Shown piece after piece: positions 22,727-31,989 of a stretch of 64,000 nt of DNA. Position 1 is the first letter of the stretch, and the number at the start of each line of letters is the position of its first letter. Made by a program: the position numbers and the translations under genes. This stretch comes from a virus. The DNA lies in the IMG/VR virus record IMGVR_UViG_3300011008_000186; one strand, given 5' to 3'. The notes beneath the pieces are model-generated. The model worked only from the letters and a program-made list of their open reading frames with translations, was not told the origin of the DNA and searched no databases.

Positions 22727-22763
22727 GTGAACCAAAATTGAACCACTGAACCAAAAATGCACC
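22727..22763 (+). promoter_or_regulatory. attP arm-type repeats (left arm)
   Basis: GTGAACCAAAATTGAACCA, then CTGAACCAAAAATGCACC. The 19-mer recurs at 22992-23010. Confidence 0.5.
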
Positions 22764-22870
22764 ATTATTTAAGCTCGAATCATTTTAAATCGAACAATGA
22801 GAAAAGCACGTAAATACAACGTTTTTGCAAAATATAATCGTTTTTAGATTCGAATAAAAATAGTATTTTT

Positions 22871-22917
22871 TCTGACTCTTAATCAGGGTGTGCAGGGTTC
22901 GAGCCCCTGGAGGTGCA
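22871..22917 (+). other. attP core: 3' 47 nt of a tRNA-Lys(CUU) (anticodon stem to discriminator); no 5' half
   Basis: TCTGA-CTCTTAA-TCAGG, variable GTGTG, CAGGG-TTCGAGC-CCCTG, acceptor GAGGTGC-A. The upstream sequence is AT-rich and cannot pair with the acceptor. Confidence 0.75.
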
Positions 22918-22929
22918 CGCTAAGAAAAG

Positions 22930-22959
22930 CCCTAGAATTCAATGATTCTGGGGTTTTTT
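22930..22959 (+). terminator. Rho-independent terminator downstream of the tRNA fragment
   Basis: CCCTAGAAT-TCAATG-ATTCTGGGG, then TTTTTT. Confidence 0.7.
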
Positions 22960-22991
22960 ATTTCTAATTATGAGCGTTCTAATTACGAAAA

Positions 22992-23010
22992 GTGAACCGA
23001 AATTGAACCA
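22992..23010 (+). promoter_or_regulatory. attP arm-type repeat (right arm)
   Basis: GTGAACCGAAATTGAACCA, 18/19 identical to 22727-22745. Confidence 0.5.
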
Positions 23011-23039
23011 AAGAAAAATATAATTACATATTAAATCAG

Positions 23040-23213
23040 TTAATAATACCAATTAAATTTGCCCTGCCGCGCATCATGCAGGACTCTATATACACCATTA
23101 ATGGTCGTAGCATTTCTTATTTTATCTACAACCACCGGGGGATAGCCTAATTCTATCGCTGTGTTTTCGGATTCTTTTTTAACCCGTCGAAGCTCTGCTT
23201 TATTTTCATCCAT
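23040..23213 (-). CDS. 57-aa hypothetical protein (below the ORF-track cutoff)
   Basis: Hand translation gives MDENKAELRRVKKESENTAIELGYPPVVVDKIRNATTINGVYRVLHDARQGKFNWYY, with a GGAG SD. Confidence 0.4.
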   Translation of the reverse strand: MDENKAELRRVKKESENTAIELGYPPVVVDKIRNATTINGVYRVLHDARQGKFNWYY

Positions 23214-23232
23214 GTAAAGTCTCCATCAATTC

Positions 23233-23310
23233 TTACTTATGGTCAAGCGATACGACCACTATTGCCATAAGAAGACAAAATATAATGATTTTTATTACTA
23301 ATTCTGACAT
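23233..23310 (-). CDS. 25-aa membrane micro-protein
   Basis: MSELVIKIIIFCLLMAIVVVSLDHK, SD TGAGGT. Confidence 0.3.
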   Translation of the reverse strand: MSELVIKIIIFCLLMAIVVVSLDHK

Positions 23311-23469
23311 ATAAATACCTCAATAAACGGCCCGCACTAGTAGATGAGCCTTACTGTGGTGGGTGAAAAAAAAGAATGCTAGAGAAAGAAAGTGCGGACC
23401 GCCTATTACAAATATTACAAAATCGGTTTAACGTCACGATTCCTCAGTTGTCGAGCTTTTTGAACGTAT

Positions 23470-24045
23470 TCATTTCTGACAAATATAATCGCTAATACGA
23501 TCAATTTTCTCACAATAAAGATCACGCATCTCTTTTTGACACGGAATAATAACGCTTAAATCATAGTCAATAGACTTTGCATTAATATGTTCGTTTGTAG
23601 CGAATGCTAATTCGTCATCAACATCAAGAATATAATCCTCTAGCATTAGAGCATCCGCAACATTTCCAGCAGCGACAAACTCGGCATGCATGTTCTCATA
23701 TAATTCTTTAGTTTCCGACTCCCAGTCGACCCACAACTTCATTCCATGTTCTATTGCCGATCTTTTTGTTTTCGGATCGACATCTTGTTTAGTATAGTCA
23801 AACCAACCATTTGGAATTATTTGTGGGGTCTCGACCTTGCTATTTCGTATCAAGCGATCGTGATGTGACATATAATACTGGCATAATTTGCGATAAGAAA
23901 CAGATTCACTGATATAATGATACTCATGACACTTTGCATAGCCCTCCAAATTCAAGAAAGCATAATAATTAGCAAGTAATTCATGAGTCATGAACCCTTT
24001 TATCATATGTGCAGCCAATTCGGAGAATATGTTTTCTACATCCAT
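23470..24045 (-). CDS. Ferritin-like / four-helix-bundle-like cargo protein
   Basis: 191-aa ORF with spaced E/H pairs (HELLANYY, EYHYISE, EHGMKLWVDWESE). Assignment by pattern only. Confidence 0.4.
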   Translation of the reverse strand: MDVENIFSELAAHMIKGFMTHELLANYYAFLNLEGYAKCHEYHYISESVSYRKLCQYYMSHHDRLIRNSKVETPQIIPNGWFDYTKQDVDPKTKRSAIEHGMKLWVDWESETKELYENMHAEFVAAGNVADALMLEDYILDVDDELAFATNEHINAKSIDYDLSVIIPCQKEMRDLYCEKIDRISDYICQK

Positions 24046-24061
24046 CTATTTTTACCAATAA

Positions 24062-24463
24062 TCAGCTCTTTTCAGCTCTAAATGACACATTAGTAACTAC
24101 GCCCGGGCCGGCAATAAGCTCGCAAGTGATTGTGGAGAGCGAATCACAGCACTTGTTTCTTATAGTCGCTATCAAAGGAAGTGTCACGGGGGTATTTGCT
24201 GCGGCAGCATATCCAGAAGCAATCGCGCCGGGGATCTGAATGCCATTGCAATATAATACTACAGTTACTTCTCCTGCTGCGGTTGGCTCAACTGTTACTG
24301 CTGCTTCCATTGGATAATATCCATCGCCGGCCAGTTCTATACCATTTCCGGAAAGTCTGCAATTACAGCCGTAACGTCTCACTACGGAACCGAAAGAAAT
24401 ATCGCCATTTAGAACGACGTTTTGCGTTGTCTGATTTACTGTTTGAATTAATGATTTTGACAT
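24062..24463 (-). CDS. Cys-containing beta-rich small protein (BclA-CTD/C1q-like is a weak guess)
   Basis: 133-aa ORF with alternating beta-strand-like pattern; CNC and KCC motifs. Confidence 0.45.
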   Translation of the reverse strand: MSKSLIQTVNQTTQNVVLNGDISFGSVVRRYGCNCRLSGNGIELAGDGYYPMEAAVTVEPTAAGEVTVVLYCNGIQIPGAIASGYAAAANTPVTLPLIATIRNKCCDSLSTITCELIAGPGVVTNVSFRAEKS

Positions 24464-24558
24464 ATAGTTTAAATAAACCTCCAGTCTTAAATACAGGGGC
24501 TGTCACTTAAGACAACCCCCGAAACCTCGCTGTTATTAGCGTAAGGATACGACGATCC

Positions 24559-25209
24559 TCAGATGTTCATCATACATCCATTATTGCATGTGCAGAACGG
24601 GCTTGTTCCAGCATTGTATGTCCAGCTATTAGGATAACGAACAACGTTGCTAGTAGCAGCCTGCAGTTCAAGTGAATTCACTCTTGCCTGAAGAGCATCC
24701 ATCTTGTTCTGCGAAATTGCATCGAGAACTTTCTGGGTGTTCATGGCGGCATCATACCTATTCTGAGCGCTTGTTTCTGCAATAAGCATCTTAATATCGC
24801 AGCAACACCGATCCTGGCTGGCCATTCCCTGCTGTTGAGCAAGAGCTACGCCAGCAATATCTCTCTGGAGCTCGGTGTACTTATCTGATAGCATATTTAC
24901 AGTGTCATGATAAGTTTGATTTGTTGCTGCAACAGTCTGAGCCGTTCCGTTAGTCACAGCTGCAAGAATCTCACGCTGATTTGCCATGGAATTCTGATTG
25001 TCGAATCCACGCTGAACTTCGCTGGAAGTTGCAAGATTCTCGTAACCAATCGCATTAGCAAAACCATTATTGCCCCAATTGTTAAATCCGCCACCGGCAA
25101 GAGCAATAAGAGCGAAAAGCCAAATGATAGCGTTTCCGCCCCAATCGTTGTTGCGATCCATAAGAGCAAGATCGCCAGTTGATAATCCTGAATCCATAAG
25201 AATTACCAT
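24559..25209 (-). CDS. Membrane-anchored coiled-coil protein with a Cys-rich C-terminus
   Basis: Helix AIIWLFALIALAGGGF, Q/N-rich coiled region, CCCD and CTCNNGC. An alternative start lies at 25197. Confidence 0.5.
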   Translation of the reverse strand: MVILMDSGLSTGDLALMDRNNDWGGNAIIWLFALIALAGGGFNNWGNNGFANAIGYENLATSSEVQRGFDNQNSMANQREILAAVTNGTAQTVAATNQTYHDTVNMLSDKYTELQRDIAGVALAQQQGMASQDRCCCDIKMLIAETSAQNRYDAAMNTQKVLDAISQNKMDALQARVNSLELQAATSNVVRYPNSWTYNAGTSPFCTCNNGCMMNI

Positions 25210-25285
25210 CCTTTCAAAAATTTTATTTATAAACTTTGCGCAAGAGTTTATTTTGAAAGATTAGAAAAAATAGAAAGTTAGAAAA

Positions 25286-25528
25286 TTAGAATCTGTTTCT
25301 TAACTGATTAAGAATCGTATTCGGATTTACGCCACGTTGACTGGCTCTTTGATAAAACATATCTTTAAGTGTCATGCCGCTTGCTTGGGCCTCTCGTAAT
25401 ATCTGAGCAGCCATTGGATTCGTACTGGCTATGGCAGTAAATCGCGGATCCGAAGAAAACGAATTATTCGGCGTCTGATTGGATTGATTGCCACAGCCAT
25501 TTAATTCGTTATACAGACTGCTTGCCAT
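25286..25528 (-). CDS. Hypothetical small protein
   Basis: 80-aa ORF, overlaps the upstream gene by 20 nt. Confidence 0.45.
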   Translation of the reverse strand: MASSLYNELNGCGNQSNQTPNNSFSSDPRFTAIASTNPMAAQILREAQASGMTLKDMFYQRASQRGVNPNTILNQLRNRF

Positions 25529-25880
25529 TGTTATTTCTACCTCCTCGAACTTCTTTTATCGCATTAGCCAGCTCTTCTTTTGTTACATACTGAGACATGT
25601 CGATTGTCGGCATTTCCGGTTGGACAGTAGCAGGAGCCGTGGCATCAAATACCTCGTTATAATGGAATGTTCTGAGTGTGCAGAAACCGACATTATCTGA
25701 GATTTTAATGTAAAAGACGCCTTCGTTTTCGCTGTCCATGAGAATAACACTTGCATTCGGAGCCATCATGAATGCTTTGGCGCCTTCAATGCCCTGAACC
25801 CAAATTATTCCAGGATTAAAACGTTGGTATGGATTATTAATATAGTTAGGTTGTGGGAAATAATTATTCATTTTAGTCAT
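25509..25880 (-). CDS. Hypothetical protein
   Basis: 123-aa ORF; SD AAGGAGATGACTAAAATG preceded by ATTATATTTTT. Confidence 0.5.
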   Translation of the reverse strand: MTKMNNYFPQPNYINNPYQRFNPGIIWVQGIEGAKAFMMAPNASVILMDSENEGVFYIKISDNVGFCTLRTFHYNEVFDATAPATVQPEMPTIDMSQYVTKEELANAIKEVRGGRNNNGKQSV

Positions 25881-25903
25881 CTCCTTAAAAATATAATCGT
25901 GAA

Positions 25904-26050
25904 TTACTTCTGATCAGTATCTTTCTTCAGGACATGCTTTCTGTAAAAATCTTCATCAGTAATTGTCTCAACTACTGCTTCGATCGCCGCATCCCATGCC
26001 GCTTTATACAGATCTTTAGTTTCGAGTTTTCCAGGATCAGGTTTCGCCAT
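25904..26050 (-). CDS. 48-aa hypothetical protein (below the ORF-track cutoff)
   Basis: MAKPDPGKLETKDLYKAAWDAAIEAVVETITDEDFYRKHVLKKDTDQK. Start context AAAGGAGATTATATTTATG. Confidence 0.4.
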   Translation of the reverse strand: MAKPDPGKLETKDLYKAAWDAAIEAVVETITDEDFYRKHVLKKDTDQK

Positions 26051-26173
26051 AAATATAATCTCCTTTCTTATTTCATATTTACATCAGATAAGGATTTGCA
26101 CCTTATATGTTCGGTCTTTCCTGTACACCAACTTTCCATGCGTCTACCTATTCCGCCACAGATGTATCGAATA

Positions 26174-27040
26174 TCAACTTTTTCCGAGCCTAATAACTTT
26201 CCAGCTATTCGGGCCTATTTCGCCGTCTACATAAAGCTTATTTGCTTTCTGCCAAGTTTCGGCAGCTGCTTTTGTCGCGGGGCCATAAATACCATCAATA
26301 TCGCCGGTATAATATTTAAACCAAGCAAGATATTGCTGAACGAATACAGTATCAAGATAGTTTGCGCTTCCGACTTTCAGATAATGAGCAGGGTCATTGA
26401 TGAACTGATCGACCATCCAATTTTCCTGATACGTTAGTTCTCTAGCTGGCGTAAGATCGTTAGCTATTGGCTTAATCGTCATAGTTGCTTCTTGCGATAA
26501 TACAGAACAGTCAATCAGTGAATTCATACTGCCATGTCTTGTCCATTTGGATTTAACATAGCCTCCTTTGTGATTCATTCGATTGCCGGATGCATCTACA
26601 TAGCTAAATATAATCCCATCATGGCCAACGTCTCCGGTCCATGCGGTACACTCGACAACGTTGTATGTATTTCCATACGCTGTAACCTCGTATCCAAGAT
26701 ACGTTCCAACATGACCGGACATATAAAGTACATGCGGCTCTTTCTGCAGAAGAATCTTGGAGAAATTCGTTGTTACATTTTCGCATTTACTAAGTAATCC
26801 ATATTCTGTAACATCACCGGTAACACTGAGATTGCTCTGATACGATCCTGCTTTTGCATCTTTTATTTCTCTACCATTGACCAATGCCTTTATCAGGTTA
26901 TTGCAATCGGCAGAAAAACGTCCATTACCATAACAATACAATAAATTATATGGCCATTTGTTTTTGTAAAAAGTATCGCTCCAAGCTAATGTGATTAGAT
27001 CTTCACAATACTTCTTGGCTGTAGTTTTGAACGTTGCCAT
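26174..27040 (-). CDS. Endolysin: cysteine-peptidase-like (NlpC/P60- or CHAP-like) domain + PG_binding_1 domain
   Basis: FSADCNNLIK (Cys), GHVGTYLG (His). C-terminal YTGDIDGIYGPATKAAAETWQKANKLYVDGEIGPNSW is a classic PG_binding_1 motif. Confidence 0.75.
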   Translation of the reverse strand: MATFKTTAKKYCEDLITLAWSDTFYKNKWPYNLLYCYGNGRFSADCNNLIKALVNGREIKDAKAGSYQSNLSVTGDVTEYGLLSKCENVTTNFSKILLQKEPHVLYMSGHVGTYLGYEVTAYGNTYNVVECTAWTGDVGHDGIIFSYVDASGNRMNHKGGYVKSKWTRHGSMNSLIDCSVLSQEATMTIKPIANDLTPARELTYQENWMVDQFINDPAHYLKVGSANYLDTVFVQQYLAWFKYYTGDIDGIYGPATKAAAETWQKANKLYVDGEIGPNSWKVIRLGKS

Positions 27041-27054
27041 AAAATATAATCTCC

Positions 27055-28413
27055 TTATCCATGAACGTAATTCGTCCCAGAATCAAAAATGGATGTTACA
27101 TCACTTTGTAACACCCATGAATCATTGACTTTTTTATAAGCCGCCGTAATTTCCTTCCAGGAACCATTATTTTTCCAGTATAGTTTTTCCGACGCTTGAG
27201 TACCGATCACTACTGCTATTACCGAATCTCCAGACACTATATATGTATAAGTGTAATGATCAACTCCGCCACTTCCTGGAACATCGTATTCGACAAATAC
27301 AGTGGCGCCATTAATTGCACCACCATAATAGCCTAGTCTGCATTGAAGTTTCATAGCAGCTAATTGTGCTACTGTGGGCAGAGTTTCCGCTTCGATAGTT
27401 TGAGTACTATTTGACGTGCCAACATCTTTGAAATTTAGTTCTTCTGACAGTTCTGTACTTCCGCTAATTAGTTGTGCACACATGTATTCACTTGAGTTAG
27501 ATGTGCTCTCGGCATGCCCATTAACCATAGCGTATAATCTTGTAACATTAGCATTTGACGGGATGGTTATTCCGACATCATATGTAAATACCGCAATAGT
27601 ACTAGAACCACCAGAGTAATAATTGCTGGTAGTTGTCTCCGAAGTATCATGGCCATTTCCAACGATCCCCTGAAACCAACTTTCGCCTGAATTAAAACTA
27701 CCGGAAACAAGAGTATAACTTCCAAGAACTGTATTTGCAGAATTTTCAGTGCCATGAGCTACTAATTGACTGGTTATATCAACTCCATCTTTGGTCGCCG
27801 TGACTGTATCGCTCTTATTAGTTGGAGTAATGGTAAGTGTGTATTCGACGCCTTCGTATGTGGAATATGCTCCGGATGGAGATATGGTTCCATCGCCGGT
27901 TAAAGTCGAAGTGACCGTTGCCGGATCTGGAACAGTATAATCAACCTCAATCTCGGCACCATAAATATAAACATAACCTGCCGTATTTCTACTGGCTCGT
28001 CTGCAATCTATTCTTATACCAAAGTTATTACCATATCCAACTATATCTTCCCAACTTGCTGTTAATCCACTAAATGTATAGACCGAAGCCGACGTAGTGA
28101 TGGCCGAACATGAACCGTTGATTGCTGTGGTTCCATTTGCAAGATATGGTTTGTACGAATCAGAAGTTGATACACCACTCTCATAGGCTTTCAGTTTAAC
28201 CGTAAAGCTATTGACGACTGCGGAGCTTGGTATATCGTTAAAATTAAAACCTCTTAAATAAATATAATAAGAAGAAGTACCAGTTCTAGAATTGTATACA
28301 GTCGCATACGTAGTACTGTCGGTATTAGTATACATATTATCAGCATTGCTGACCGACAAATATGATGTACTGCTGAGATAATACGTAGAAGGAATGAGTC
28401 TAGCTGTTGCCAT
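27055..28413 (-). CDS. Virion-surface / receptor-binding-like protein
   Basis: 452-aa S/T/G/Y-rich beta-type sequence, overlaps the next gene by 1 nt. Confidence 0.45.
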   Translation of the reverse strand: MATARLIPSTYYLSSTSYLSVSNADNMYTNTDSTTYATVYNSRTGTSSYYIYLRGFNFNDIPSSAVVNSFTVKLKAYESGVSTSDSYKPYLANGTTAINGSCSAITTSASVYTFSGLTASWEDIVGYGNNFGIRIDCRRASRNTAGYVYIYGAEIEVDYTVPDPATVTSTLTGDGTISPSGAYSTYEGVEYTLTITPTNKSDTVTATKDGVDITSQLVAHGTENSANTVLGSYTLVSGSFNSGESWFQGIVGNGHDTSETTTSNYYSGGSSTIAVFTYDVGITIPSNANVTRLYAMVNGHAESTSNSSEYMCAQLISGSTELSEELNFKDVGTSNSTQTIEAETLPTVAQLAAMKLQCRLGYYGGAINGATVFVEYDVPGSGGVDHYTYTYIVSGDSVIAVVIGTQASEKLYWKNNGSWKEITAAYKKVNDSWVLQSDVTSIFDSGTNYVHG

Positions 28414-29921
28414 TAGCTCACCACCTTCAAGTAAATATCGCCATTTGATCCTAAACTTGATGCGGGATCGGTTGTTCCCGTATAATACGTAACTATCGGA
28501 ATATACACATTAACCGAAGCATAATTGGTAACATCTTCCGTGCCATTACTATCAACCGTCAATGTTCCGGATACAAGTTCGGATGCAGACACACTCACTG
28601 CAGTTCCAGTTTTGGTTCCACCGGAAATATAACCAGCGGTATTGGTTACAGATGGTGTGACGGTAACACTATGGTTACTTACCGTTCCTTTCGAAGCGGT
28701 TGGTGTACCTTCTGAACCAGATGCTATGGACTTACTAGCGGCTGTCGCATAGTAACCAGCGGGCACACTAACTGTTGCGCCGGACGTGGTGAGATCCGTC
28801 GAAGATCTTTGTGCCACATCACTGCCAATATAATTAGAATCAATAGCAGCAACAGTAACCTCACCAGTTGTATATACCCCCGAAGCCACTGCGGTTTGAG
28901 CGGATTCAGTTGGTGTCACAGTTTTAGCTACCTGGGTTGTAAGTTGAAGAGTGCTTGTTGTCGTATCTCCATCTTCTATTTGGCCAATTCCACCGGTACC
29001 AGCAGCATCGACTACCGCAGTAGAGGTTATAAGACCATTAGCATTAATTGATGTGGTAACCTCGTTATGTGCAAAAGGTACCCATAAATCTACAATATTC
29101 GGATAATACCCCGGCATAATAACAATCTCGTCTCCGCCGAAAGTCGGATACTCAAATAAGTTAGAACTTTCAGGTGCAGTTATACGCTCTATTCCCGAAC
29201 CCACATAAGTAGAACTGATCGCCCCAACTTCAACACTCGACAATCCATCATATCCAGAATCGGCTGTAATGGTTTGTGATGATTCGGAAGGGATTGCGGT
29301 TTTAGATTGAAGACTGGGAACAGTTGCAGGAACCGCCACATCTACAGATGCATAATTAGTTACATCGATTCCAGTACCATTGGTCGCAATAGATTTTGTT
29401 CCGCTAACTAGCTCACTAGCAGCTACAGTAACGGCCGTACCAGTTTTAGTGCCTCCGGAAATATAACCAGCCGTATTGGTTACAGATGGCGTGACGGTAA
29501 CGCTATTGTTACTTACAGTTCCCTTCGAAGCAGTCGGAGTACCCTCTGTACCACTAGCTATAGATTTAGTAGCAGACGCAGAGTAATATCCAGCAGGGGC
29601 AGTTACCGTTGCCCCAGACGCAGTGAGATCACTTGAGCTTCTCTGAGTTATGCCACTGCCTACATAAGTAGAACTGATACCCTCAACAGTGACCGTATCT
29701 AATCCAGTATATCCACTGTCCGCAGTCACTTCTTGTTGAGCTTCAGTAGGCGTTATAGTTTTATTTTGATTATTAATTGCAACTGGAGTATAAGATCCAG
29801 TTCCTATTGTTCCATCATTTTGATGAAAGGTTTCAGATGCGAGCACCTCATTTTGCTCCGCAGTATCATTAGTGAGGTCAATAAGGGTCGTACCGTTTAA
29901 TATAACTTTTGAAAATGCCAT
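28413..29921 (-). CDS. Fibre-like protein with the family N-terminus (MAFSKVILNGTTLIDLTNDT) and an internal ~115-aa duplication
   Basis: Shares its N-terminus with 31408-31989, 33292-33879 and the pseudogene at 33281. Repeats at ~28450-28810 and ~29290-29650. Confidence 0.55.
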   Translation of the reverse strand: MAFSKVILNGTTLIDLTNDTAEQNEVLASETFHQNDGTIGTGSYTPVAINNQNKTITPTEAQQEVTADSGYTGLDTVTVEGISSTYVGSGITQRSSSDLTASGATVTAPAGYYSASATKSIASGTEGTPTASKGTVSNNSVTVTPSVTNTAGYISGGTKTGTAVTVAASELVSGTKSIATNGTGIDVTNYASVDVAVPATVPSLQSKTAIPSESSQTITADSGYDGLSSVEVGAISSTYVGSGIERITAPESSNLFEYPTFGGDEIVIMPGYYPNIVDLWVPFAHNEVTTSINANGLITSTAVVDAAGTGGIGQIEDGDTTTSTLQLTTQVAKTVTPTESAQTAVASGVYTTGEVTVAAIDSNYIGSDVAQRSSTDLTTSGATVSVPAGYYATAASKSIASGSEGTPTASKGTVSNHSVTVTPSVTNTAGYISGGTKTGTAVSVSASELVSGTLTVDSNGTEDVTNYASVNVYIPIVTYYTGTTDPASSLGSNGDIYLKVVS

Positions 29922-29944
29922 GTACTAAACCTTCCTCTATCTTA

Positions 29945-30922
29945 TTATTTTGCTAATTTTTGAATATGTTTGAGCCAATTATCAATCGTTACGGCTTCCA
30001 TCATCATTCCTTCTGCGACACTACGCGACCGTACCTGATTTGATATGACCATCTTGTCATTGACAGGGATTTGGTTCCACATGCCACGCCGCTTTTTATA
30101 ATAATTGGCGAATCTTTTTTCCGTGCTATCGCGATATTCTTTGTTTTCCTGGTTGATCCATTCCGGCTTGTTCATTGTATAGTAAGCATCAAATATCATG
30201 AACGCCGTATAAAACATCGCTTTATCTTGAACGCCACGCTTGACGAATTCGTCAATAAGTGCGTCATTACTGTCTATAAGATTTTTGTAAGTTTTTAGAA
30301 TATACTTAGGATCATGTCTGCACACACTGTCGTCACGCCACTTCCAAAGGTAGAAAGCGACAGGGCAGTATTTAACATTCTGCGACAGATTCGAGCATTG
30401 TATATTAAAAAAACTATCCTCATGGATAGTTAGTTTTGGATTCCATCTTATTTTATTATCAATTAGATATTTCCTTCGGTGCACCTTTCCATGTACGAAG
30501 GTACTGTCCATTTCATGATTAATATATGTTATTTCGTTTGAGTTTGGAATGCGGGTCTCTTCAAGAAACATTGAGGTCAGGCTATCAAACCCCCCATTTT
30601 GAATCTCTCTGAATATTATCCACAATCCACAAACATTGCAGAACATGTCATCTATGTCGCAAAACATAACATAGTCTGCGGTCGCTGCATCTAAACATGA
30701 ATTGCGGGCAGCCGACACACCATTATGTTTCTGACGGATCTGTTTTATCTCAAATGGATATTCGACTGTGAAATCCAGATCCTGGGCTTCGTCGCCATCG
30801 TGGCAAATGATAACCCCGATTTCACTAAAATCTATATTTTGTTGTAGTGCTAGACTATCCAGCAAAGGTTTAATAACTTCCGCAGGTTCTTTATAATGCG
30901 GAACTAATATTTGTAATTTCAT
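29945..30922 (-). CDS. Family-2 glycosyltransferase
   Basis: LQILVPHYKEP..., ICHDGDE, GVSAARNSCLDAATADYVMFCDIDDMF (GT2 DxD region). Confidence 0.8.
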   Translation of the reverse strand: MKLQILVPHYKEPAEVIKPLLDSLALQQNIDFSEIGVIICHDGDEAQDLDFTVEYPFEIKQIRQKHNGVSAARNSCLDAATADYVMFCDIDDMFCNVCGLWIIFREIQNGGFDSLTSMFLEETRIPNSNEITYINHEMDSTFVHGKVHRRKYLIDNKIRWNPKLTIHEDSFFNIQCSNLSQNVKYCPVAFYLWKWRDDSVCRHDPKYILKTYKNLIDSNDALIDEFVKRGVQDKAMFYTAFMIFDAYYTMNKPEWINQENKEYRDSTEKRFANYYKKRRGMWNQIPVNDKMVISNQVRSRSVAEGMMMEAVTIDNWLKHIQKLAK

Positions 30923-31019
30923 TTTTATCCTCCATAACGAATAAATAATAATATATAAATACGGCTTGCGTTATGGCGCATTACTCAGCGGTTCATGAAT
31001 CCGCCGCTCCCCGTATTAA

Positions 31020-31989
31020 TTAAGTTGGATTATGTGTGCCATAATCTAATACGTTTTGTATTTCTGTATCAGTAAGCGATACAAATCTCTCAGAAAAATA
31101 GCTCCAATTTGTTGATGATATATAAGCATCATATAGTGATGCGGGCACAAATATACTTCCGTAGACACCATCAGTAGAAGTTGTGTATCCACCTATAGGA
31201 GTTGATACAAAAGTTGTTGAACTAACTGATAATTGATATAAAGTATTTGCCAGTAAATATAAACTTAATAAATGATAACAACTTTGAAATGCATAAGTAT
31301 ATATTATGCCTTGAATAGTTGATGAATTACTAAAAACAGCAGTAGTTAATGCAGAACAATTTTGAAATGCACTCGCATAAATACTTGTACATAATGGAAA
31401 ACTTACTTCAGTTAATGCAGAACAAGTATAAAACGCATAAGCACGCATAAGCACCAATAGTCGTACATAATGGAAAACTTACTTCTGCTAAAGCAGAACA
31501 ATTATAAAACGCATAAGCACCAATAGTCGTAGCACTTCCGCTAATAGTCCCACTAATAGTTCTCATTGCTATCTCATCAACAGTAAATCCACCACCACCT
31601 TCAACATTAACTGTCACCTCATCATAAGCATGACCACTGCTCGCCGTATAAGTTCCATTACTTGTTATACTTAAAGGCTCTATATAAATCTCTTCATCAG
31701 TAGTTATCTCTCTAATTGTACCGCCGTGGGCATCTATAGTATCTCGAATCACAGCAGTTGCCGAACCACTAACATTAACATCGACACTAGCATACTGTGC
31801 AACATCTATGCCTGATCCATTTTCAGTTATGGACATGGTTCCTTCCGGGCGAATAGCTGTGCCGACTATCACTGTTCCACTTTTATCATGGGCTGTTACG
31901 CCATTTTGAAGTGTATCAGCTGTCACGGTATCGGATGTTAGATCAATAAACACAGTACCGTTTGCTAATTCTACTTTGTTATAAGCCAA
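31020..31989 (-). pseudogene. BspA-type LRR fibre gene split by a 10-bp tandem duplication (track ORFs 31408-31989 and 31020-31457)
   Basis: gcataagcac at 31435-31444 is repeated at 31445-31454. Deleting one copy gives the continuous reading ...TTIGAYAFYTCSALTEVSFPLCTSIYASAFQNCSALT... Confidence 0.65.

Noticed and set aside
22860-22920. A complete tRNA-Lys gene.
   Set aside because: Only positions ~27-73 are present. The upstream 30 nt are A/T-rich and cannot form the acceptor 5' strand or the D arm, so this is an attP core fragment.
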